Below, in pieces: positions 7,761-14,684 of a DNA stretch of 24,000 nucleotides. The stretch's first letter is position 1. Every line of letters starts with the position of its first letter. The DNA is taken from sequence record OK040794.2, one strand, 5' to 3'. Origin of the DNA: Arthrobacter phage Atuin. Under the pieces are notes generated by a model. That model was given only the letters and a program-made list of their open reading frames with translations, was not told where the DNA came from and ran no database searches. The position numbers and the translations under genes were made by a program.

Positions 7761-8189
7761 ATGGCAACAGCAAAGCAGGTCGAGAAGGAACTTCTCGAAT
7801 GGCACAACGCTCAGTACACCAGCGTTGTAGTCGATTCTGAAGAGAACGAAGACTACGACGAGTACGACTACGACGAAGACATTGCCGAGTACTTCGACTA
7901 CGCGTGGGGCCGGAGTGAGCGTAGTATCTACGAACACCTGTACTGGTGGGGCGGAAACAGCAAGAAGCCTGTCATCGAGATCCCGTCCGGCAAGGTCTCC
8001 ATCAAGGAGGATGTAGGCGGTGAAGATCAGGGAAGCACCCGCTTTGTCATCCTCTCCGTCAACGACCAGTTCTTCAAGGTCAACGGTTACTACGCATCGT
8101 GGGACGGCGACAACTGGGACGACGCTCATCTGGTCGAGGTTGAGCCGCGAGACGTTGTCGTGGTTCAGTACTTCGAGAAGGGTAAGTAG
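7761..8189 (+). CDS. Tandem paralog 3, with strongly acidic insertion
   Basis: MATAKQVEKELLEWHNA...DSEENEDYDEYDYDEDIAEYFD...IPSGKVSIKEDVGGEDQG...GYYASWDGDNWDDAHLVEVEPRDVVVVQY. Confidence 0.8.
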   Translation: MATAKQVEKELLEWHNAQYTSVVVDSEENEDYDEYDYDEDIAEYFDYAWGRSERSIYEHLYWWGGNSKKPVIEIPSGKVSIKEDVGGEDQGSTRFVILSVNDQFFKVNGYYASWDGDNWDDAHLVEVEPRDVVVVQYFEKGK

Positions 8190-8512
8190 TGGAATTCAAG
8201 AGCATCGCTCAGGAGGTCCGAGTTTGGGTCGCTCTGGAAGACTTGTGCGGAAACGTCTACAATGAACTCTGGGAGATCCTTGAGTACTCCACAAATCCCG
8301 TAGAACTCCCCAAAGGCGCTGTTAAGAAGATCTCTGAAGGTAGGGATGAGTACTCCAACAAGAAGTACATCATCTTCGAGCGCATCGATGACAACAAGAT
8401 CTACCGTATGGACGCCGAGATCGAAAGCTCTTGGGACAGCGAGACAACCGTCTACCCCCCATACGAGGTAGTAGCAAAGGAAGTCACCGAGATCAAGTAC
8501 CTCAAGGTCTGA
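8189..8512 (+). CDS. Tandem paralog 4, divergent
   Basis: GTG start overlaps the previous stop; ELPKGAVKKISEGRDE...IYRMDAEIESSWDSETTVYPPYEVVAKEVTEIKYLKV keeps the shared domain order. Confidence 0.7.
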   Translation: MEFKSIAQEVRVWVALEDLCGNVYNELWEILEYSTNPVELPKGAVKKISEGRDEYSNKKYIIFERIDDNKIYRMDAEIESSWDSETTVYPPYEVVAKEVTEIKYLKV

Positions 8513-8513
8513 G

Positions 8514-8543
8514 TTGCATCGGACCACAGTAGTGTGGTAAAAT
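8514..8543 (+). promoter_or_regulatory. Extended -10 promoter for tRNA-His
   Basis: TTGCAT (8514-8519), 18 nt ending TGG, TAAAAT (8538-8543). Confidence 0.65.
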
Positions 8544-8549
8544 ACTAGT

Positions 8550-8623
8550 GGTGGCTATAGCTCAGTAGGTAGAGCGTCTGCTTGTGGCGCAGAAGGCCGA
8601 GGGATCGATACCCTCTAGTCACC
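8550..8623 (+). tRNA. tRNA-His(GTG)
   Basis: G-1 (8550) opposite C73; acceptor gtggcta/tagtcac; anticodon arm tctgc-ttgtggc-gcaga; T-arm gaggg-atcgata-ccctc. Confidence 0.92.
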
Positions 8624-8643
8624 CTCCCTTATTAGCAAGATCA

Positions 8644-8678
8644 GAGAAAGCCTAGATCCTCGTGATCTAGGCTTTCTT
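8644..8678 (+). terminator. Intrinsic terminator
   Basis: gaaagcctagatc ctcgt gatctaggctttc (8646-8676), 13 bp stem, T-rich 3' flank ctttgttt. Confidence 0.85.
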
Positions 8679-8697
8679 TGTTTGACGAAAGATATAA

Positions 8698-9762
8698 ATG
8701 ACGAAACGAATCCTTCTTACCGGTGCCTCTGGCTTTGTAGGAAGCCATGTTCTGCGGCACATCCTGACAACAACCGACTGGGAAGTAGTTTGCCCCGTCA
8801 CCTTCCGCCACAAGGGTCTGTCTGACCGCCTTGTGACGGCTATGGAAGATCAGGACCAGTCCCGTGTGACTATTGTCCAGACCGATCTTACCGCACCGAT
8901 CTCCAAGGTCACAGCCCACAAGTTCGGAGAGATCAACTACATTCTGAATGTAGCCTCTGAGTCCCATGTGGACCGCTCCATTGAGGAACCGGCACAGTTC
9001 ATCCAGTCTAACGTAGCTCTTATTACTAACATCCTAGACTATGCAAGGACTCTTGACAACCTTGAGGTCTTCCTTCAGGTATCCACGGATGAAGTCTATG
9101 GTCCTGCCAAGCCCGGAGAGGCCCACAGGGAGTGGATTGACAACATCAAGCCCTCCAACCCGTATTCGGCATCCAAGGCCGCACAGGAGGCCGTAGCGTA
9201 CTCCTATTGGCGCACCTACGACATTCCTCTGATCATCTCCAACACTATGAACATCATCGGTGAGACACAAGATCCGGAGAAGTTCTTCCCGAAGACACTC
9301 CTGAATGTGCTCAAGGGTACGGAAATGACCATTCACGCCTCTGCTGAAGGTGAAATTGGTTCCCGCTACTACCTCCACGCCCGTAATCAGGCTGACGGAC
9401 TGCTGTATCTCATCAATCACGCAGTTCTCCTAATGTCATGGCCTATTGTGGATGAAGAGTCGGGTGAAACCGAGTCGCTACGCTACTCTCAAGGCGGCAC
9501 CGTTCCTCCACGGTTCCACATCGTGGGCGAGCGTGAAGTGGATAACCTTGAGATGGCCCAGCTAATCGCACAGGCTGCTGGAAAGGAACTCAAGTACAAG
9601 CTTGAGGACTTCCACTCTTCCCGTCCGGGACACGATTTGCGTTATGCGCTAGATGGTACTAAGATTGCTAACATCGGTTGGACGGCTCCGGTTCCTTTGG
9701 AAACGTCGATCAAGTCCACCGTAGACTGGACTCTTAGCCATCCAGAATGGCTAGCACTGTAA
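8698..9762 (+). CDS. NAD-dependent epimerase/dehydratase, dTDP-glucose 4,6-dehydratase-like
   Basis: Rossmann GASGFVGSHV; NVASESHVDRSIEEPAQFIQSNV; QVSTDEVYG; NPYSASKAAQEAV; SRPGHDLRYALDGTKI. Confidence 0.88.
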   Translation: MTKRILLTGASGFVGSHVLRHILTTTDWEVVCPVTFRHKGLSDRLVTAMEDQDQSRVTIVQTDLTAPISKVTAHKFGEINYILNVASESHVDRSIEEPAQFIQSNVALITNILDYARTLDNLEVFLQVSTDEVYGPAKPGEAHREWIDNIKPSNPYSASKAAQEAVAYSYWRTYDIPLIISNTMNIIGETQDPEKFFPKTLLNVLKGTEMTIHASAEGEIGSRYYLHARNQADGLLYLINHAVLLMSWPIVDEESGETESLRYSQGGTVPPRFHIVGEREVDNLEMAQLIAQAAGKELKYKLEDFHSSRPGHDLRYALDGTKIANIGWTAPVPLETSIKSTVDWTLSHPEWLAL

Positions 9763-9769
9763 TTTGAGA

Positions 9770-9802
9770 GTTCGGCTCCAGTCTGATAGGCTGGGGCCGA
9801 AC
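9770..9802 (+). terminator. Intergenic hairpin, possible terminator or processing site
   Basis: gttcggctccag tctgatagg ctggggccgaac, 12 bp with one G-U; weak T tract. Confidence 0.45.
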
Positions 9803-9835
9803 CCATTTAATGACAAAGAAAAGGATATCTAGAGT

Positions 9836-11965
9836 TTGATTATCGAGACTAAGCACGCCGAAGTTACTTCCAACATTCCGGAAGGCACGGGCAAGCGCCG
9901 CCAGATGAAAATCAGCGAAGCCGGTATGGCCCACATTGTAGGCGTCCTCACCAAGCTTTACAAGGACAACGAACTGGCTGTCATTCGTGAAAACTTCACC
10001 AACGGTGTAGATGCCCACGTACGTGCCGGTGTCAAGGACATTCCCGTCCAGATCACCCTTCCCACTTGGGATAAGCCCAACTACGTCGTAACCGACTTTG
10101 GCGTCGGCATGTCTGAGGACGACCTGCTGGATGTCTACTCCCAGTACGGCGAGTCCAGCAAGCTCGGAACCAACGAAGAGGCCGGTGGATTCGGCATCGG
10201 TGCCAAGACTGGTCTTGCCATTGCCTCCCAGTTTACGGTAGTCTCGGTCAAGGACGGTATGAAGTCCGTCGCCCTGATCACCAAGGCTTCCGGTCTTCCG
10301 GAAATCAACGTTCTGTCCAGCACTCCCACCGAAGAGGGACACGGAACCGTTGTCTCGATTCCGGTCAAGGACGTGTATGCGTTCAACGCGAAGGCGCGTG
10401 AGTTCTTCCAGTACGTCGATCCGAAGTCTGTCCTCGTTGACGGTAAGACCCCGAAGTACGCTCTGGATGAGGCTGAGGTCATCACCAACCCGAACTACCC
10501 TGATTTCAAGGCGTATGCCAAGATCAACTTTGGTTGGGGCAACAGCGGTGCGTCCTACCTCATCATGGGCAACGTACCTTACCTGATCCCGGAAGACGAT
10601 GTCAAGACGGCTCTCGGTTTCAAGGGAAACAACTACAGCAACAACGACATCACCCGCCAGATCCTCAACACCACGAAGTACTTCATGGTTCCGATTGGCT
10701 CCGTTGACCTGACTCCGAACCGTGAATCCCTCATGTACACGGAGAAGACCAACGCCCTGATCAAGGACTACATGGGTAAGTTTGCTGAGTCCATCAAGAT
10801 CAGCGCTCAGGAGAAGGCCGACGCAGCCAAGGACTTCTACGAGTACTTCAAGACTAAGCGCATGTGGAAGAACTCGTTCGGATGGGATCTGACCTACAAG
10901 GGCAAGACGTGGGAGACTGAACTGAAGCTCTCCAAGGACATGCGCCGCATCCAGCGTTCCACTGACGGCAGCGGCTCCCACTCCTTCCGGAACCATGTCG
11001 TCTTCGATGAGTACGACCACCAGTTCTTCGTTACCGGACTCAAGGCGGAAGAGTACACCCGCATCAACGGGTACATCTCTCCATTCCTCCGGGGCCGTGA
11101 TCTCACTGACGGTGTCCTCATCATCACGGAATCCACGGAACACCTGACCGATGAGCGCACGCTCAACAGCCCTAAGATCACTGTGATCAGCTACGAGGAT
11201 CTGCTTGAGGAAGGCAAGAAGCAGCGGAAGATCGACCGCGCCAACGCCGGACCCAAGACCGAATCCCAGAAGCTCGAATACCCTGTCCTCGTGGTCGCTG
11301 ACCGTGAGATCAAGTGGCTCCCCTACAACGAGATCGAGGAGGGAACTCCGTTCATCCATTCGAGTTCTGCGGACCAGTACGTTGCTCGGATCACTGCGGA
11401 AATTTACGAACAGAACAACCAGTACACTCGGGCTAACACTTCCGTGACCCGCGTAGCTCAGGCCATCGAAACCCTGACCGATTACACTCATCTGGTACTG
11501 GTCGGCGGTTCCCGTACGGCTGCTGCATTCCAGAAGCGCTGCCCGAAGTCTCCCGACTTCAGCGAGATCGTCAACGACAAACTTGTCCCGACGTACGAAG
11601 GCCTATTCACTGATGAGGTCAAGGAAGTTGTAGCCTACCAGAACAGCAACTGGTCTGCTGTCTTCAAGAAGATCGGTGCGGATTTGACGAAGGAGGTTGC
11701 AGATGATACGATTGTGTCATTGGCTACTCCGGCTGACCATGTCAAGGACGCGATCATCAAGATCAAGAGCACGTACAACCACCTTGTGAACATCAAGTCC
11801 TACTACGATCTTTCCAAGATCGAGGAAATCTCCGATTCTGCTCTCATCGATGATCTGGACCAGAAGTACCCGCTGGTCAGCGCTCTTGACCGCTGGCAGC
11901 GTGCAGAGATACCCTCTGACCACATCGTAGCCTACATCAACTCTGTCCAGACCATCAACGCGTAA
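9836..11965 (+). CDS. rIIA-like: rIIA-like protein with GHKL ATPase domain
   Basis: TTG start; IRENFTNGVDAHVRAG (N-box), VVTDFGVGMSEDDLLDVYSQYGESSK (G1-like), GGFGIGAKTGLAI; size and linkage to an rIIB-like gene. Confidence 0.75.
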   Translation: MIIETKHAEVTSNIPEGTGKRRQMKISEAGMAHIVGVLTKLYKDNELAVIRENFTNGVDAHVRAGVKDIPVQITLPTWDKPNYVVTDFGVGMSEDDLLDVYSQYGESSKLGTNEEAGGFGIGAKTGLAIASQFTVVSVKDGMKSVALITKASGLPEINVLSSTPTEEGHGTVVSIPVKDVYAFNAKAREFFQYVDPKSVLVDGKTPKYALDEAEVITNPNYPDFKAYAKINFGWGNSGASYLIMGNVPYLIPEDDVKTALGFKGNNYSNNDITRQILNTTKYFMVPIGSVDLTPNRESLMYTEKTNALIKDYMGKFAESIKISAQEKADAAKDFYEYFKTKRMWKNSFGWDLTYKGKTWETELKLSKDMRRIQRSTDGSGSHSFRNHVVFDEYDHQFFVTGLKAEEYTRINGYISPFLRGRDLTDGVLIITESTEHLTDERTLNSPKITVISYEDLLEEGKKQRKIDRANAGPKTESQKLEYPVLVVADREIKWLPYNEIEEGTPFIHSSSADQYVARITAEIYEQNNQYTRANTSVTRVAQAIETLTDYTHLVLVGGSRTAAAFQKRCPKSPDFSEIVNDKLVPTYEGLFTDEVKEVVAYQNSNWSAVFKKIGADLTKEVADDTIVSLATPADHVKDAIIKIKSTYNHLVNIKSYYDLSKIEEISDSALIDDLDQKYPLVSALDRWQRAEIPSDHIVAYINSVQTINA

Positions 11966-11995
11966 TTTCTATAAAGTAAATCGAAAGGTAAGTAA

Positions 11996-12949
11996 TTGGC
12001 AGTATTTTCTCTCTCCGGTGATGACAAGGGCAAGACTCTTGCTATCATCTTCAGCGACGGCTCTACGGAGATCGTCTCTGAAACCCACATCAGTTTCAAG
12101 GCTCTTCTGAATATCTTCCTCGAAGGTGGCAACGACGAAGATCACATCCGAGAACTGTCTCAGGTCATCGAAACCACTCAGAAGAAGATGACGGCGCTTT
12201 CCGAACGTGTCTCGGTACTGGATGACAAGCTTCTCTTCGACGGTGACGAAATCAGTGGTTACCTCATGGAGGTCATCAAGGATCTCTTCGTCAACGGTGA
12301 AAAGATCGAACTCCAGCCTCTGGTGCGATTCCTCGAAAAGGCGTCCACCAACCCGTCCATCGACTCTGTTGACGACCTGTACCGCTGGATCAAGAACGGT
12401 GACCTTGTCATCGATGAGGACGGCGACGTTATTTCCTACAAGGGAACCGAAGAAATTGACGGGGTTCGCTACTCTCTCCACTCGGGCAAGGCATACGTAG
12501 ACGGTGTTGAGGTTGTAGGCCGAATCCCATACGCTGAGGGTTCGGTAGTCACCATGCCCCGCTCGGAAGTCAACGCTGACCGTCGTGTCGGCTGCTCCAC
12601 CGGTCTGCATGTCGGCACTCACAGCTACGCCCGAAACGTCGGCAACGTCCTGTTGCTCGTCAAGTTCAACCCGCGTGACGTGGTTGCGGTTCCTGAGGAC
12701 TGCAACGGTGAGAAGATCCGTGTTTCCCGTCTCGTTGTCCTCAAGGACTCCGAAGACAAGCAGCGACTTGACACCCGCTACGTGGAAACTAAGGTCGAGG
12801 TTGAGGACGTTGCTCCTCCGGCCACCCCGGAAGAGGCCAAGGTTGCTTACGCTGCCAAGTCCTACCGCGATCCGAAGACTGGTCGGTTCCTGAAGGGCGG
12901 AAACGCTCCTCGTGACCCGAAGACCGGTCGCTTCCTGTCAGGAGTCTGA
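11996..12949 (+). CDS. rIIB-like: rIIB-like protein
   Basis: TTG start after gaaaggtaag; LQPLVRFLEKASTNPSIDSVDDLYRWIKNGDLVIDEDGDVISYKG...MPRSEVNADRRVGCSTGLHVGTHSYARNVGNVLLLVKFNPRDVVAVPEDCNGEKIRVSRL. Confidence 0.75.
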   Translation: MAVFSLSGDDKGKTLAIIFSDGSTEIVSETHISFKALLNIFLEGGNDEDHIRELSQVIETTQKKMTALSERVSVLDDKLLFDGDEISGYLMEVIKDLFVNGEKIELQPLVRFLEKASTNPSIDSVDDLYRWIKNGDLVIDEDGDVISYKGTEEIDGVRYSLHSGKAYVDGVEVVGRIPYAEGSVVTMPRSEVNADRRVGCSTGLHVGTHSYARNVGNVLLLVKFNPRDVVAVPEDCNGEKIRVSRLVVLKDSEDKQRLDTRYVETKVEVEDVAPPATPEEAKVAYAAKSYRDPKTGRFLKGGNAPRDPKTGRFLSGV

Positions 12950-13134
12950 TGGAAAGCAACAACGGAATAGGATTCGCTGGAGTCCTCACAATTGTCTTCA
13001 TCGTCCTCAAACTGACCGGAGTCATTGCGTGGTCTTGGTGGTGGGTTCTCTCACCAATCTGGATCTCAGTCCTCCTCGTGCTGGTGATCCTCGGACTCTA
13101 TGCACTGTACATCTGGTGGGAAGACCGAAAGTAA
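12949..13134 (+). CDS. Small two-TM hypothetical protein
   Basis: 61 aa with FAGVLTIVFIVLKLTGVIAWSWWWVLSPIWISVLLVLVILGLYALYIWW; ATG overlaps the previous stop codon. Confidence 0.7.
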   Translation: MESNNGIGFAGVLTIVFIVLKLTGVIAWSWWWVLSPIWISVLLVLVILGLYALYIWWEDRK

Positions 13135-13141
13135 TCAACTG

Positions 13142-13167
13142 AAGGGCCGTCCTACGGGGCGGCTCTT
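13142..13167 (+). terminator. Terminator-like hairpin with UACG tetraloop
   Basis: aagggccgtcc tacg gggcggctctt, 11 bp with two G-U pairs. Confidence 0.6.
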
Positions 13168-13185
13168 CCCTTATCCAAGGATACA

Positions 13186-13701
13186 ATGCGTACAATCGTA
13201 TATCTAGACGTTGACGGCGTAATCAACGCAGTCTCCGATGGACCGCCACGAGCCAACACCCAGTGGTCCGGAGAGTGGACCCGAGAAGAGGTTATGAGAT
13301 TCTTCATCCTCTGGTCCCATGAACTGGTCGAAAACATCAACTCACTGGCCGCACGTGACGATGTGACGGTCAAATGGCTCACGTCGTGGCAGGAACACGC
13401 TCCCGAGAAGTTGTGCCCTGTAACGGGCATACAGGGCGAGTCATGGGAGGTTCTGTACGGTGACCTTGAGACTCACGGCTACATGGGGGAACGCTGGTGG
13501 AAGCTGGACGCCCTCATGGAAGACCTTGACAAGGAACAGCCCGACAAGGTAGTCTGGATTGACGATGACATAGACTACCACCGTTGGACAAAGGAATGGC
13601 TTCGAAACCATCCCGAAATTCACGTCGTCTGCCCTAACACTAACCATGGCGTGACAAAAAAGCAATTCAATGGTATAATGGAATTCATCAACGCGAATTG
13701 A
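13186..13701 (+). CDS. HAD-like hydrolase
   Basis: IVYLDVDGVINAV (DxDG), VKWLTSW, DKVVWIDDDI. Confidence 0.7.
   Translation: MRTIVYLDVDGVINAVSDGPPRANTQWSGEWTREEVMRFFILWSHELVENINSLAARDDVTVKWLTSWQEHAPEKLCPVTGIQGESWEVLYGDLETHGYMGERWWKLDALMEDLDKEQPDKVVWIDDDIDYHRWTKEWLRNHPEIHVVCPNTNHGVTKKQFNGIMEFINAN
13651..13679 (+). promoter_or_regulatory. Extended -10 promoter for tRNA-Thr/tRNA-Cys
   Basis: GTGACA (13651-13656), 17 nt ending TGG, TATAAT (13674-13679), inside the 3' end of the HAD gene. Confidence 0.65.
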
Positions 13702-13708
13702 TGAATTC

Positions 13709-13780
13709 GCTTCTGTGGCGCAGTGGTAGCGCGCATTCTTGGTAAGAATGAGGCCACGGGTTCGATCCCCGTCAGAAGCT
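13709..13780 (+). tRNA. tRNA-Thr(GGT)
   Basis: Acceptor gcttctg/cagaagc; anticodon arm cattc-ttggtaa-gaatg; T-arm acggg-ttcgatc-cccgt. Confidence 0.93.
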
Positions 13781-13785
13781 CTCAT

Positions 13786-13857
13786 GATGCTATGGCCGAG
13801 TTGGTTAGGTGGCGCTCTGCAAAAGCGTTTACACGGGTTCGAGTCCCGTTAGCATCT
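13786..13857 (+). tRNA. tRNA-Cys(GCA)
   Basis: Acceptor gatgcta/tagcatc; anticodon arm gcgct-ctgcaaa-agcgt; T-arm acggg-ttcgagt-cccgt. Confidence 0.9.
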
Positions 13858-13895
13858 CTCATCATATCCACACACTAGAAGAAAGGACAGGCAGC

Positions 13896-14408
13896 ATGAT
13901 CGCAACAACTCAGGTAAGGGTTTACAACGCCTCATACGAGGAGCTTTCCCCTACCTCACTAATGAGCGCCATGAAGCTTGTCCTTGTTCAGGGCCGTGCT
14001 GAAGTAATCGAGTACGACGAAACCAAGATCATCCGAACAATGGGCGGCGAAGAGTTCTTTCTTCCGAAGGTAATTCGTCTGCTCAAGATGATCAAGGTTC
14101 CGTTCTACGTTGCTGAAGAGTACTTCTCCAAGTCCGGTGTAATCCGTCGAGACAATTTCACCTGTGGTTACTGTGGGATCACTGCATCTCAGGGTGCCAC
14201 GCTGACTCACGACCACATCATGCCTAAGTCACGAGGTGGTGCTGACTCTTGGGAGAACGCCATCACCGCATGTGTCAAGTGTAACGGTCGGAAAGCTGAC
14301 ATGACGCCTGAAGAGGCTGGGATGAAGCTCCTATGGTACCCTTGGACTCCGAAGCGGATGTACTTTCGCAGCGAAGAGAACAGACGTAAGCGCAAGAAAA
14401 ACCAGTGA
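13896..14408 (+). CDS. HNH endonuclease
   Basis: RRDNFTCGYCGITASQGATLTHDHIMPKSRGGADSWENAITACVKCNGRKADMTPEEAGM; start chosen after gaaagga. Confidence 0.88.
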   Translation: MIATTQVRVYNASYEELSPTSLMSAMKLVLVQGRAEVIEYDETKIIRTMGGEEFFLPKVIRLLKMIKVPFYVAEEYFSKSGVIRRDNFTCGYCGITASQGATLTHDHIMPKSRGGADSWENAITACVKCNGRKADMTPEEAGMKLLWYPWTPKRMYFRSEENRRKRKKNQ

Positions 14409-14411
14409 CCG

Positions 14412-14440
14412 ATGGCCCTCCTAGTGAGGGCCATCCGTTT
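14412..14440 (+). terminator. Intrinsic terminator-like hairpin
   Basis: gatggccctc ctagt gagggccatc (14412-14436) followed by cgttt. Confidence 0.7.
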
Positions 14441-14455
14441 ATCTAAGGAGATACT

Positions 14456-14650
14456 ATGCTAGACTGCATAAAGTGGCTACTCAATCTCAAGTGCAAGCAC
14501 AAGAGAATCCGCTGTATCCACGGAGACGAAATCATTCTGGCAGGATGGAGACGTTCCGCCTGTATGGACTGTCCACAACTGTTTGACAGCCTACCCCAGA
14601 TCTGCACACAAACCGGAAAGCCACATGAATCAAAACGCAAAAAGAAATAA
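14456..14650 (+). CDS. Small hypothetical protein with several Cys
   Basis: 64 aa MLDCIKWLLNLKCKHKRIRCIHGDEIILAGWRRSACMDCPQLFDSLPQICTQTG...; RBS aaggag upstream. Confidence 0.6.
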   Translation: MLDCIKWLLNLKCKHKRIRCIHGDEIILAGWRRSACMDCPQLFDSLPQICTQTGKPHESKRKKK

Positions 14651-14653
14651 GTG

Positions 14654-14679
14654 AAGCCCCCTACCGAAGTAGGGGGCTT
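14654..14679. terminator. Bidirectional terminator between convergent genes
   Basis: aagccccctac cgaa gtagggggctt, 11 bp stem; poly-T/poly-A tracts are only partial. Confidence 0.8.
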
Positions 14680-14684
14680 TACTG

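Noticed and set aside
9810-9839. 9-codon peptide MTKKRISRV overlapping the rIIA-like TTG start
   Set aside because: No RBS in front of it and too short to support. It could still be a coupling peptide, but there is no positive evidence.
9734-11491. 585-aa minus-strand ORF
   Set aside because: It lies antisense over the rIIA-like gene, which has clear GHKL motifs. The long shadow ORF fits codon bias of the + strand gene and has no recognisable motifs or start signals.
11969-12622. 217-aa minus-strand ORF
   Set aside because: Antisense to the rIIB-like gene, with no motif support.
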